DNA of 44,136 nt from Octopus bimaculoides (Eukaryota). A model generated the notes under the pieces. That model was not told the DNA's origin and did no database searches. It saw only the letters and a program-made list of their open reading frames with translations. This document shows, in pieces, positions 9,669-22,550 of this stretch. Position 1 is the stretch's first letter. The number at the start of each line of letters is the position of its first letter. Location: contig NC_068981.1 of assembly GCF_001194135.2 (NCBI RefSeq), positions 65,918,517 to 65,962,652 on the forward strand, in the 5' to 3' direction. A program made the translations under genes and the position numbers.

Positions 9669-10500
9669 AAGGTGGCAAGCGGACAGAATCATTAGCACAC
9701 TGGGCAGAATGCTTAGTGACAGTTCATCTATCTTCATATTCTGAGTTCAAATTCCACTGAGGTCAATTTTACCTTTCATCCTTCTGGAGTTAATAAAACA
9801 ATTATCAGTTGAGCACTGTGGTCGATGTAATTGACTTATCCCTCCTCTAAAATTGCTGGCCTTGTTCCAAAATTTTGAACCATTATTATTATTACTAAAG
9901 CAGTGACTTGATAGAATCTTTAGCACATTGGACAAAACACTGAGCAACTTTTCATCCATCTTTACATCCTGTGTCCAAATTCTGTTAAGGTCAACTTTGC
10001 CTTTAACCCTTTCGTTATCGTACTTATTTTGACATGCTGTGTTTCTTTCAGTTATTTTAAATATAACAAAGAATTTAGTAAAATAACTTAGTTATCATTA
10101 AGCTAGTGTTAGGAACATAAATTGTGACTAAGGTTTGGTGGAAGATTTTAATTCAAAACTTATGAAAACAAGACATTTGTACTATAGAGCCAGAGCTGGT
10201 TTCAGCCAGGTTGGTATTGAAAGGGTTAATCCTTTTAGGGTTGAATTGACTTACCCCTTCCTTCAAAATTTTAGGCCTCATGTCTGTAATAGACAGGATT
10301 GTTATTACTATTAAGGTAGCAAGCTGGCAGAATTGTTAGCACACCTGACAAAATGCTTAGTGGTATTTCATCTGTCAAAATGGACTGATAGAATAAGTAC
10401 CAGACTTTACAAAAATTAGTACAGGGGTTGATAACTTTGACTAAAATACTTCTAGGCAGTGCCCCAGCATGGCCACAGTTTAATGATTGAAACAAGTAAT
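9669..10500 (+). mobile_element. Second head-to-tail chain of ATT-tailed SINE copies (starts ~9669, ~9897, ~10312)
   Basis: Same head and gttcaaattc...ggtcaa/ggtcgac core as 6637-7628; the middle copy is split by a MITE. Confidence 0.75.
10007..10225. mobile_element. piggyBac-type non-autonomous element (MITE), 219 bp
   Basis: TTAA at 10003-10006 and 10226-10229; termini CCCTTTCG.../...TGAAAGGG; removing it restores the SINE sequence tttgcctttaatccttttaggg. Confidence 0.8.
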
Positions 10501-11189
10501 AGATATTAGTCTTTATAGCTGGAAAGTGAAGGTTACAGATAACTTAAAAATCATACTTGGCCTGGAGTGGGTCTAAAGAAATTCTTGATCACAATAATCC
10601 AGTTCCTAATCACATGCTTCCATTACCTTGTATTGTAATACAAACTATTCTTTATGGCAAAACTAAGTATATTTACATATACATCGAAAGCTCTGTTGTA
10701 TAAAGTTTAATTGATTGAACTTTTGAGTATAACCAATGGTTATCATTTCAGGAGAAATGTAGGATTCAATGATCTGAAACACATTTTATCATATCATATA
10801 TGGTTTCTTTTGAAATTTCTAATACATTTGAATTTCTAATAAATTATGCATTTATATTTGTACGTTTGCGCATATATGTGTGTGTGTAAAAGATTTCTTT
10901 TTAAAATTATCTATAAAACACTTTAAAACCCCCGGATTGATTTAATTCTAATGGTAAATATGAAGAAGAGTTTTATGTAAGTATTTTTGATTGATTGGTT
11001 CCTCAGATATTTGTCCGAAGAGCTAACCTCATTTGAAAGTGCTTACACAAAAGTGTTCTACGTATCATGTTTTTGAGATTGATTTTAGATAGTTTTAAAT
11101 TTTCATGTAATTTTCAAATATTGTACATGTATCAAGATCTCATATATTATGTATATTATATACATATGTGTGTATGTATATGTGTGTGC

Positions 11190-11247
<58 letters not shown>

Positions 11248-11350
11248 NNNNNNNNNNTCATCATTGTCGTTTAACATTCGCTTTCCATGCTAGCATGGGT
11301 TGGATGATTTGACTGAGGACTGGTGAACCAAATGGTTACACCAGGCTCCA

Positions 11351-11420
<70 letters not shown>

Positions 11421-11428
11421 TGTATGTA
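11190..11428. repeat. (TA)n and (TATG)n microsatellites flanking a GAT-tailed SINE fragment and a 10-N gap (11248-11257)
   Basis: Directly visible; 11259-11352 is the minus-strand SINE tail family. Confidence 0.9.
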
Positions 11429-12074
11429 CAAATCTCTGTATGTTTGTGTATCTTATTTATTAATGACTGAATTTCCATTCAAATTGTAAAGAGTCCTGTT
11501 TTCTATGTAAATAAATAAAAATAACATGAACATTGATTTAAAAGAAAAGAAGTTTAGTATTTAATATTTACACAAAACGGCTTTATCGTCTTCTTTTTTA
11601 TTTCTATGTTAACCCTTAAATTTATACTGTATCCATATATCTGTCATTGTCTGAGAATGTGTGCACTCATGTGCATGCTTGTGTTGGGAGATTGTGTATG
11701 CAGAATGGCTCATTACATAGTACATAAGTTGAATAAAAGAAATTGAATAAAATACATGAGAAAATATGTACAAACCATTTATTAAAACAGACATAAGATC
11801 TTTAAAAATGTTTTTTCATTTTATGCCATTTTTCAAGTTAAGTTGCATATCTTGGAATCCATTACCAATGTAATTTGAGGTATACCTGTATTTCATTAAA
11901 AACCAACAAAAACATTTGTGTCTATAGCTGTGCATTCCAAATGACATTATTTGGGGCTAATATCATCATTATCATCGTTTAACGTCCGCCTTCCGTACTG
12001 GAATGGGTTGGACGGTTTGACAGGAGCTGGCCAGGTAGAAGACTACATCAGGCGACTGAGTCTGTTTTGGTTCA

Positions 12075-12420
12075 CTTTCAGTGTTGAGGAGCAAGTGCAC
12101 CACAAAATTAGTTCCTTGTTTTCTCTTCTTAAAGAAGAACACCAATTTCTGCAATGACATATGTTTGGTGATTTGAAGAAGCAAACTGAGCAAAAACATG
12201 AGAACCATTACTATTTAAGGTTTGATTTGATATAACTCTAAAAATGCAAGAAATAATACATTCTAGAAACATCCATGTAAAATGTTTTAAACTTACACTT
12301 GAAACAACTTGCTCATTGAACTTCAAAATGGTGATGGAAGCTGACAAACTTCTTGGTGGACAGCAACCATGAAGATGTAATACTTGAAATAGTCTTGATT
12401 CTTACAGAACAAGATGGTGA
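12075..12420 (+). mobile_element. Probable Helitron RepHel remnant (segment between Rep and helicase)
   Basis: VEEQVHHKISSLFSLLKEEHQ (cf. VNGQVH.TFREAC..LGLLEDDQ) and LTLETTCSL (cf. IILTTCSP), with in-frame stops; lies upstream of a clear Pif1 helicase remnant on the same strand. Confidence 0.4.
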
Positions 12421-13084
12421 GAGAGAGAGAGACATTTGAAGAGTAGAAATAGTAGATTTCTAAGGAAATACATATGGCTTAGAGGATAGATGTTCCGTTA
12501 TCATTCTGTTTTTTTTTTTTAAACAAATCTTGCAAGCTAAGCTTTTGACTGTTCTTTGATTAGTTTATGCTGCAATATGTAAATTTTCTTTATTTCCTGT
12601 TCAGTTATAAAACTGTGTTGCTCAAGACAATTACTAACCATGTTTTCAACAAAAAAAGTTGATTTGTTTGACTAAAACCCTTTAAGATGGTGCTCAGCAT
12701 GGCTACAAGAAACAAGAAAAAGATGAAAGATAGGTGAAGTTTTGTCTGTGTTGTAAGAAATTTGCATCCCAACCACATGGTTCCAGGTTCAGTCCCATTG
12801 CATGGCACCTTGGATGAGTGTCTTCTTCTATAGCCTTGGGCCACCCAAAGCCTTCCTTTGTGTCTGTTCTGTCCCCATCCCCCAACCCCACCGCTTGACA
12901 ACTGGTGTTGGTGTGGTTACATCCCTGTACATTAGCAGTTCAGCAAAAGAAACTGATAGAATAAGTACCAGGCTTTAAAAACATAAGTCCTGGGATCAAT
13001 TCATTTCATCAAAATTCTTCAAGGTGGTGCTTCAGCATGGCTGCAGTCTAATGACTGAAACAAGAAAAAGAATAAAAGTATATT

Positions 13085-13610
13085 TCTCAGGATGCTGCAC
13101 CAGGAGGAACAGGAAAAACCTTTGACGTGAACCTATTAGCTGCTAAAGTAAGAAAACAGGAAAATTTCAGTGGTAGTTACATCGTTAGGTATTTGTTACC
13201 ATGTTTACTACATGAAAGCAAAACAGGTCACAGTGCATTCACGCTGTCATTGAACCTCAGCATCGATGATGTGGTGAACTATAACGCCAACGAAAGAACA
13301 GGAGCTGCAGAAGAGCTAAGGTAATGTTGGATAATAATTTGGAATGAGTGCACTTTGTTTCACAAAGTCAATTTTCAGGCTTTCACAAACAAATGCTCTT
13401 TTTATTGGAGTAAGAGTAATCTTAGCTGGTAACCTTCATTAAATATGTTTGTGGTTCTAAAAAGAACTGTTGATCAAAACAACAGCTGCATACCACCACA
13501 CTTGAGGAAACAAACATGAAAGGTAACAATAGCAAAGATCAACTCTTTACTGCTTTTAAAACTTGAAGAAAGGCTTGCACCAAATGAAAATTTAGTTCTT
13601 TGACATCATC
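13085..13610 (+). mobile_element. Helitron Pif1-like helicase remnant (pseudogenised)
   Basis: DAAPGGTGKTFDVNLLAAKVR (Walker A), KTGHSAFTLSLNL (cf. RTAHSAFKLPLNL), AEELR*CWIIIWNECTLFHK (cf. IIWDECTM), FIGVRVILAGNLH (cf. FGGVVILLAGDFRQ), LLKLEERLAP (cf. LLKLGEGKLP). Confidence 0.85.
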
Positions 13611-13929
13611 ATCTCAGCTTGTATTCAAACCTTTTAGGTTACACACACACGAACCTCAGGGTTGGCTGTGGTTAAGATGTCTTCCCTTGTTTGGGCACCA
13701 TATGATAGTTGTAAACAATGTCACAGTTGTTTACATTCTTCTTTGAAAACATGTCCAGCTGCTGGGAAAATATTAGTTTGTTTGGAGACAAGTGATGGCT
13801 GGCAACCAAGTTTAGTTAAGGAAAATCAGCTTCAATGAATTCTGTCTCTGCCATGCAAGCATAGAAAGTGGACATTAAAACAAAACGACTTTCATTCATT
13901 TATCATACTGCAGCACAATGAATTGTCAA

Positions 13930-14180
13930 TTAGCTTGGTCCTTTGTCATCTCCTGCATTAAATAAAACATTTTCGTATCAGTTTTCATTACTTCATTCCA
14001 ATCTTTCTAAGTCTCACTCTTCCACAAGTTCCATTTCTATATACAGCTGTCATCTTCCATACGTACCACATGTCCATAACAATGCAATCTTCTTTCTTGC
14101 ACATTACACCTGATTCCTCTCAGCTCATTAATTCTTAGCTGTTTATCCATATTAAAGTTACACATCCCGAGAAGCATACC
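13930..14180 (-). mobile_element. RTE-clade LINE RT C-terminal fragment
   Basis: Minus strand LRGIRCNVQERRLHCYGHVVRMEDDSCI...WNEVMKTD. Confidence 0.7.
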
Positions 14181-14184
14181 TGCA

Positions 14185-15180
14185 TACCACGATCAGATGG
14201 TGTTTTTTACGTGCCGTCGGCACGGAAGCCAATCAAGGCAGCACTGGCATCGGCCACCTTCAGATGGTGCATTTTACGTGCTACTGGCACAGGGCTCACA
14301 ACTACAAATTCCATATGATTTGATTTTGATATTGCTGATGTTGATGTACTTGACTCAGCATTGGCCACATTCGGATGGTGCTTTTTACGTGCCACCGGCA
14401 CGGAAGCCAGTCAAGGCAGCACTGGCATTGGCCATGTTCGGATGGTGCTTTTGCGTGCTACCAGCACAGGGTTCACAACTACAATTTCCATTTGATTTGA
14501 TTTTGATATTGCTGATGTTGATGTACTTGACTCAATAGGTCTCCTCAAGCACAGCAGGTTGCTCTATGATCCAAGGTACTTTTGAGTGGGTTGGTTAAGC
14601 AACGATGGTGTAGGTTACAGCTGTGGACTCACTTTGTTTGCTGGGTCTTCTCAGTTACAGCATACTTCTCGAGGTCTCAATCTTTTGTCATTGCCTCTGT
14701 GAGGCCCAACATGCGAAGGTCATGCTTCACCACCTCATCCCATGTCTTCCTGGGTCCCCCTCTACCTCAGATTCCTTTCACTGTTTGGGAGTGGCACTTC
14801 TTCACACAGCTCTCCTCGTCCATCCACAGTACATGACCATACCAATGCAAACGTCTCTCTTGCATGCCACATCCGATGCTTCTTATGTCTAACATTTCTC
14901 TCAGGGTGCTCACACTCTGTTATGTGTGCACACTGACATTACACATCCAGCAGATCATGCTAGCTTCAATTTTTTCAAGCCTATGCATGTCTTAAGCAGT
15001 CACAACCCACGTTTCACTGCCATGAAGCATGGCAGTTTGCACACATGCATCATACAATCTTACCTTTCACTCTGAGCGAGAGGCCCTTTATCACCAGTAG
15101 GGATAGAAGCTTTTTGAACTTTGCCCAGGCTATTTTCATTCTAGTGGCAACACTCTCTGAGCATCCACCCCCACAACAGA
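14185..15180 (-). mobile_element. RTE-clade LINE 3' portion (RT C-terminus 14640-15180 plus 3' region with internal ~178-bp tandem duplication)
   Basis: Minus strand RMKIAWAKFKKLLSLL...RGGPRKTWDEVVKHDLRMLG; 14194-14357 duplicated at 14372-14534. Confidence 0.8.
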
Positions 15181-16829
15181 CTTGGCATGGAAGATGGATG
15201 CTAAATGATGATGATCTCTTCCACATTTTTGTTTACTGATTTTCCCCTTTCAGTGCTACTAGTTATCTCTTACTCTCCTTGGAGTTACATCTTAAGACTA
15301 CCGTACCTCATCTTCAACATCCTCCCATATCTGCTATCATTCTCAACAGCCTTTCTTATTTGTCATCAATGCCTCCCACCTTTGTCCCGCATTCTCTATA
15401 GTCATTCCTACATACTGCTGACCTCCATCACTACCACTGCACAGCTCTCTCTCTCCCCTCCACTCTTCTATTCTACACATTATTTCATTATTTTCTGATA
15501 TATCTACAGTTTTATTATATTGCTACTCTCCTCCTTTCCTGAAATGCTACTCGTCACATCTTCCTTCCCTAAACTCCTCCTGTTTCTTTCATCTTCCCAC
15601 CCATACTGATATTTACCACTGACTGTACCCCCACCCTTGTTCATCAATCACTCCATTCATCTCTAACCTCTCATAATTCCATGAACTACCCATCCTGATT
15701 CTCTGTCATACTCACCTTGTATCTTGAGAGAATGCTCTAACACCTCAGCACCACCATCTTTATCTTCTTTCCAGTTACATCCAACCACCCTTATATAATG
15801 TGAGGTAGCCATGTATCTCTTCTACAGCAAGATATTTGTACCTGTCCCTCTATCATACTTTAGCCTCTCAATATGGTATAATGTTACCTCCTGCACAGTT
15901 GAGAGGGCTTTTTCTGTCTTGTAAACTTGGAACCTATCTAGTATCAGTGTCATGAAAAAAAGCACCCAGTAGACTTTGGAAAGTGGTTGGCATTAGAAAA
16001 AGCATCCAGATATAGAAACCATGTGAAAGCAGATATTAGTAATTGATGCAGTTCTCCAGTTTGTTTGATCCTGTCAAACCACCCAACCCATTCCAGCATT
16101 TGAGAAGGATGCCAAATGATGAAGATATATGTACAAAACTGGTTTAATGTCCACCTGGGTTGAATGGAATTGGTTGATGCAAATCTACTTCTTGTTGCCA
16201 ACCTTCACTTATTTCCATGCAAGGTAATAGTTCCCCATCACTGTACAAGTTCCCACAGATGACTGGAAATGAAAGATATTGCTTGTATAATGGTGATGCA
16301 CATTTACAACTATCACATTGTCAAGGCATGGAGATAGTAACTACACACATACACAACATCCGACAGCTTCTTTCAGTTTCTGTTTACCAAATCTACTTAC
16401 AAGGATTGGGTCAGCCTGAGACTATAATAGAAGGCACTTGCTCAAGGTGCCACACAGCAGTTGAGAAGCAAACTTCTTGCACACAACCACACATGTGCCT
16501 TACATATAAAACATCATCATTGAGATTTTATGTTTGCTTTCTATAGACATTGGTTGGACAGCTTGTCACGGTCCAAGCCAGTTCTTATTTGAAATTATTG
16601 CTTACCTAGATGTTTTGTGGACCATGTCTCATGTTTAATTTTTGATTTAGTTTTTATGCTGGATGCACAACACTGACTTTACAGTTTTTATTGAGTACAT
16701 TATATCATTGCACAAGATGTAGATGGGTTGTCCCCAGCAAGCTCAAAATTTCTTAGCATCCATACATTGTCTCTGATCAATTATCAACCACTTCACACAA
16801 TGATAAGCTGTATTTTATCATGGTACTAG

Positions 16830-17200
16830 CACTAGTGTTATGTAAGGCTAGAGTCCTCACTGCTCAATGATAAGTTCACACCTTCGAGGTAAAGACTTCC
16901 ATTGGTCATGAATGACCATGGGATTGCACCTAGAAAGTTTCCCTCTGAGGCACAAGTCTGGGCAAGGTTGTTTAAGGAAGACCAGCAGCCTCTCTTCTCC
17001 ATACCACTGATGTTATCCAAGGGAAAAGCAAAAACTGAGACAATTTGGTACCAGTGATGTCGCAACTCATTTCTACAGCTGAGTGAATGGGAGCAACATG
17101 AAATGAAATGCTTTACTTAAGAACACAATGCACAGTCCAGTCCAAGAATCAAACTCACTACCTCATGATTGTGAGCCTGACACTCTAACCACTGTGCCAT
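16830..17200 (-). mobile_element. tRNA-derived SINE
   Basis: Reverse strand gcatggcacagtggttagagtgtcaggctcacaatcatgaggtagtgagtttgattcttgg...atttcatgttgctcccattcactcagctgtag. Confidence 0.65.
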
Positions 17201-18004
17201 GCATGGGTGAAGGTTGCAAAGGTGTGTGAGGGGGAATAAGTGATTGATGAAAATATCAGGTGAAATGGTCAATGGTAAATAGGTGTGGAAGTAGTCAATG
17301 GTATGATTCAGAAATGGATGTCAAAAGAAGTGTCTCAGGGAAGATAGAATGATGGCTAGCAATACAAAAAGAAGTTGTATGTAGTAATGTGATTTGCCTT
17401 CATTAAATACAGGGGCAGAATAAAACAGAAAATAGAGAAGAGAGTGAGAGGAGTGAAGCTGTATGGTGGGTACAATGATGAATGGTTAAGGGATAAGTGA
17501 TAGGGAGATGAGGAAGTATCAAAGACAGTGGTGATGGGGGGGGGGGGTAAACATAGACTTGACAGATTCAGATGTGTGCATATATATATAAAGACTTGGA
17601 GTGAATTTGGTAGATGGAAACTGAAAGAACCTTTTCATATATATATATCTATCATCATTATTATTCATCATCAATTAATGTCCACTATTCCAAGCTTGCA
17701 TGAGTCGCATGAAATTTGTTGATGCAGGTTTTCTATGGTTGAATATCCTTCCTGTTGCCAACCCTCACCTGTTTTTAGGCAAGATAATATTTCTCCATGG
17801 CCACATGTGTTTTACATGGAAGACTGGGAATGAATAACATTGCTTATATGATAGTGATACTCTTTTACAACCATCACATGATGCTAAAACAGGGATACAC
17901 ACAAACACATACATGGATTTTATAATACTAAAATATCAATAAAAACAGCAACAGCAATCTGGAAAAGCTACTCCAATCATTTATAAAAGATAGATTATAT
18001 AAAA

Positions 18005-18860
18005 ACAGTAGTGTTCATATGTGGAAGATGCACAGGATCCATAAAAACCACAGGGACTCAAGAAATTGATTCTCTGAAATGCCCTGGTGGCTTATTAGAA
18101 GTAGTAGATAATTTCTGCTACTAGGGGGACCAAATTAGTAGTGGGTGGGGAGGATGCATGGAGAGTGTAATAGCTAGAATAAGAATAGGATGGAGGAAAT
18201 CCAGAGAACTTTTACCTCTTTTGTTTTCTCTCATTGTGTGAAAGGCAGATTGTATGATGCAATTGTATGATAGCAATTCTACATGGTAGTAAGACATGGG
18301 TCTTCAATGCAGAAGACATGTGAAGATTAGAGAAGAACAAGGCTTGTATGTTCCGCTGGATGTGTAATGTAAGTGACAGAGAAGTTAGGCATAAGATGAA
18401 TTGTTTGCTGTGTGCAAGAGAGAAGACTTCACTGGTTTGGTCATGTGATGCCGATGGATGCTGACAGCTCTATAAAATGCTGATCTCTCAAAGTAAATGG
18501 AACACGTGGAAGAGGGAGACCCAGGAAGACATGGGACAAAGTACTGAAGGACAACCTCAGGACACTGAACCTTTCAGACGAGATGACAAAGGACCGAGAT
18601 GCCTAGTGCCTTGATGTACTCAAGAAACCTTGTACTCCACAGCAGAACTGTTAAGGCCATACCCACTGGTGAAGAGGATCGACCTGCAAGAGTCCTGTGC
18701 TGGTGTCACATAAAAGCACCTAGTACACTCTGTAAAGTGGTTGGCATTAGGAAAGGCATCCAACCATAGAGACCATGCTAAATCAGACTGGTGCAGCTCC
18801 CCAGCTGGCCAAACAGTCCAACCCATGCCAGTATGGACAACAGATGTCAAATGATGATGA
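18005..18860 (+). mobile_element. RTE-clade LINE 3' fragment with GAT-tailed 3' end
   Basis: FICGRCTGSIKTTGTQEIDSLKCPGGLLEVVDNFCY, ARIRIGWRKSRELLPL, RGRPRKTWDKVLKDNLR, then aaaagcacctagtacactctg...aaatgatgatgat. Confidence 0.8.
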
Positions 18861-20508
18861 TAACTTTCCTCAGATAGTTATATTTTACTTGATATTACAA
18901 AATGAAATTAGTGTTATTTATAATGTATCATGAATTTTTTTTTTTTTGGTCAACTTGTAATTTTATTCACTAATAAGTGGTTGGGAAAACCAGCTAAATA
19001 TTTCAATATTTCACTTCAAACTGCAAACCTGTTGCAACCAAATCTCAGCAATAAAATGAGGTAGATAATGAATTTATAGATTTGAGAATCTGAAAACAGC
19101 TGAGGGAACCAAACTTTTGATGAAACCAAAGAATTTGGTTATTAGCAATTGAAAAAGGAAATAGCTCACAGTAAATTTTCTCTTAGATTTTCAATCATTT
19201 ATTGAGTTTGATGTTTAGTGAATTCCCCATATATATAATCTAGTTAATGATACTTATAGACATAAATAGTATAACAAAACTGACTAAAGTAACATTTATT
19301 ATTAAGATGGTATAAAGACCATATGTAGCTTTCCAAACAGTTGGGGATCCTTATAAATTTACATGAGTTCTAATTGATGTTGCAAATACTGTGTCAGTAT
19401 TTCAGCAAGTCATCAATAAAAATAATCTTAAAGGTACCTACACATCATCATCGTTTTAATGTCCACTTTACCATGCTTGCATGGGTAAGATAGAGATGCC
19501 CTTCCTGTTATTAACCTTCAACTATCTCCAAGGAAGAAAATATCTCCTCATTGGTAAACTGAAAACAAAGAACACTACTTGCGTGATGGTGACATTTGTT
19601 TTATGACCATCACTTGATACCAAGACAAGAGTACACACTTTAATCAGTTGCACCTGATTAAAGCGATAATGCTACATTACTGCAAGGTGGCACATCTCTG
19701 GCATTTTCCAGTTCCTTAATTCTAAAAAGTAAAATGAAATAAATAAATATACACTGTCAAAAATTAAGTTTATGCAATTATAGAAATTGCAAGAGAATGG
19801 AAATATTTCATATGAAACATTTAACATTTAGTGATAGATCAATGGTTCGATTCATTCAAGCTTGCCATTAAAATATTGGGGCAAGGGAAATCTGATGCTG
19901 TTACAGAATCAGACTCAATCTTCTCCCTTCTCATACACCATCAAATACAGAGCTGTTTCTAAAAGTCTTGCAGTTGATCATGTGATTGATACTTTCATTT
20001 CTTGGAGAAATCGATGGTAAATTTGTAATCAGTGAAGAGTTGTTGATAACTGAACCATTAAAAGAAATCACAACTGACCAAAGTCTGTAAGACAATGTTA
20101 AAGACGGCTTCGATGAATCTGGGTTGTGTTCGAATAAGTTAGTAAGCATTAACAGAAATAGTACCTTCACTAATTAGAAAACATGGTGGCCCCGTGAAAT
20201 CAGGACAAAACAGGATTTGAACTCAAAACGCAAAGAACCAGAACAAATACTGCAAAGATCCAGTTCGACTTTTTTATAGTGCCCACCTCATCCAATCCAC
20301 TATTGTGGAATGATACCTTTTATTTTTGATCGACCAGAAGAAGATGTAAGGCTAATCTTACCTCGGTGACATTTCAATTCAGGGTTTCTGAAGAAATACC
20401 ACGAAACATTCTATCCGACACTCTAACGACTCTACCAGTGTAAAATTAACTTCTATAAGTAATTAAAGTTTATCATTATTATTTTTCCTTTTTCGACTCT
20501 TCGAAATC

Positions 20509-21046
20509 GGCACTATCATGCTATTAGCTGTCAGAAGTGAAAGTGCTCACTGCTAGTGAAGTATCTGTCTGTATGCCTGCATGCCTGTGGCCGGAGCGAG
20601 CTATATGTCTGTCTGTCTGTCTGTTTCTCTATCTATCTATCTATCTATCTATTACTCGAAAGTTCGCGCGTCCGCGCTAGCTAGTCGTGAGTGGTCGATC
20701 CTATTATTTTTAAACTTCAAACTTCATTTGTTTTCTATTTTGATAAATTCTCTCTGTTGAAAATTATATTTTTATATTTTAAATAATTTGCAATTTCAGG
20801 AAATATGTTTTTATATTAAATTTGTGTTTTCTACTCACGACTAGCTAGCGCGGACGCGCGAACTTTCGAGTAATAGATAGATAGATAGAGAGAGAGACAG
20901 ACAGACAGACATATAGCTCGCTCTGGCCAGTCATGGTATTAGCTGTCAGTAGCCAAAGAATCGACAGGCCAGCAACAGGTAGACAGACAGATACTTCACT
21001 AGCAGTGAGCACCTTCACTTCTGACAGCTAATAGCATGATAGTGCC
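20509..21046. mobile_element. Foldback MITE (538 bp) with long terminal inverted repeats and 8-bp TSD TCGAAATC; Merlin- or MULE-like
   Basis: TCGAAATC at 20501-20508 and 21047-21054. Outer arms 20509-20572 / 20983-21046 match at 63 of 64 nt (GGCACTATCATGCTATTAGCTGTCAG...). Inner arms 20588-20692 / 20833-20929. AT-rich 140-bp spacer. Confidence 0.9.
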
Positions 21047-21049
21047 TCG

Positions 21050-22550
21050 AAATCTTTTCAGATATTTATGTCACCCTCATTGAAAACAGTTTGTCCAACT
21101 GTTTTAATGCATCGTTTTATTACTAAGCGTATGAGCGCGCACATACGTATTAATTATAAATTTTTAACGTTTGAAAATGTATAGATCAGAAATATTCTAG
21201 AACTCTTAGCCAAAAAAAAGTGCTAAAATATATTTCTCAGGCTTAAGATATTTTCCTGCCAAGGTAAACAGTGCACTCCTGTTAACATGACAATTGCTCG
21301 ATGTATGGACATAGAACAGACAAAATGAATATATGTAGAGTATACACAGAATGCCGAAAAACAAAATAATGCCTTCAAATGTAACAGAAATGATCGAGTT
21401 CACTTTTTTAAAAATCACATTTAGTAATTCAACTAATTCTAATACATTAAAGGGTATCTCTAAGCCTACAATAGTCTAAAACATGTTGGAATTCGAAATA
21501 AGTAGGTTGCTCAAAATAACTGCGAATAAATTGGATGAGAAGCAAGAAAAATTAAGGTAACGCAAAATGTGTATGCGTTTATCTTATACCGACGAAATTC
21601 CGAGGATCAGAATATCAACTAACAGCCAAGTTCGATGTCAATGTACAGCTAATTCGAAGTAATTTCACCAGTATTAAGCTCTAAAAACTTGTTTTCATCG
21701 TTAATTGCAAAAATTTGTTCTAAAACTGCGTATAAAGCATATAAATTTAATTAAGCAAGCAATAAATATGCATTCGCAAACTCTGGAAATGCCCAGCATA
21801 AATAAAAAAAATTAACTCTAAACGTGCAAGAGATTCTTCGAAGGTTCAAGTGTACTTCTATATAAATATATGCATTAGCGCAAAACTCATGACGTAGTAA
21901 ACAGTTAATAAACGTCACCTTAAAGAAACATAAAAATAAGAAAAATACAATTTAAAATAATGATATTAGAAAATTTAAAAAAAAATGAGTAAACATTTAA
22001 AATAATAATTTCATATAACATCAAGGAACTTCAAGGAAGGCAACGGTCGCTTGTATCACGCCTGGTACATGACTGAATGACATTGAAAAATACATACACA
22101 CACATTTGCGATAATTTAGGACCGCTTCGTCTATCAAATTACATGTGCACTGACATAGATTCATTTGTTCTTTTCTCTCTTCTGCTTCCTTCCCTCACTT
22201 AACGCATATCTTTCTTTCTCTCTCTTCTGCTTCCTTCCCTGACTTAACGCATATCTTTCTTTCTCTCTCTCTCTTCTCATACATAAGCACTTATACACGC
22301 ACACATATACATGTATAAATATATGGGCACTTTAGTAGATACATATACACACGCATTGACCTTCATACCATTCAGAACGAGGCTTGTTCTTTACTAATGT
22401 GTTAGATTGTATAATGTCGCTCTTTCGCACACGTGTAGTTCATGTATAATTCGACACACAGCACTTTCTCGGTTTTTACCACTAACTAATAATCGCAGTA
22501 TATATAAATATATACTTTGTTAGTATCACTGATACAAGAAGAAAACAAAG
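21050..22550 (+). promoter_or_regulatory. Probable AIFM1 promoter / 5' UTR region
   Basis: Lies directly upstream of the AIFM1 ATG; CpG visibly retained relative to the flanks; CRE-like TGACGTA near 21890; candidate branch point (actaac ~22481) and acceptor (tactttgttag ending 22523) hint at a 5' UTR intron; in-frame TGA at 22530-22532 shows the ORF does not extend upstream of 22551. Confidence 0.4.

Noticed and set aside
12079-12230. In-frame TGA inside an exon-like ORF (possible selenocysteine or editing-rescued stop)
   Set aside because: Better explained as a decayed Helitron segment with several stops; no SECIS seen; the context is not a known selenoprotein fold.
14185-14540. Repeat-spacer-like pattern suggestive of a CRISPR array
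   Set aside because: Eukaryotic context, the intervening sequences are duplicated rather than unique, there are no cas genes, and it is part of a LINE/SINE 3' region.
19931-20170. 79-aa minus-strand ORF upstream of the MITE (possible divergent gene)
   Set aside because: No recognisable homology and no convincing donor/acceptor pair.
22172-22277. 45-bp tandem duplication (~2.3 copies) upstream of AIFM1
   Set aside because: Real, but a pyrimidine-rich slippage product with no evident function.
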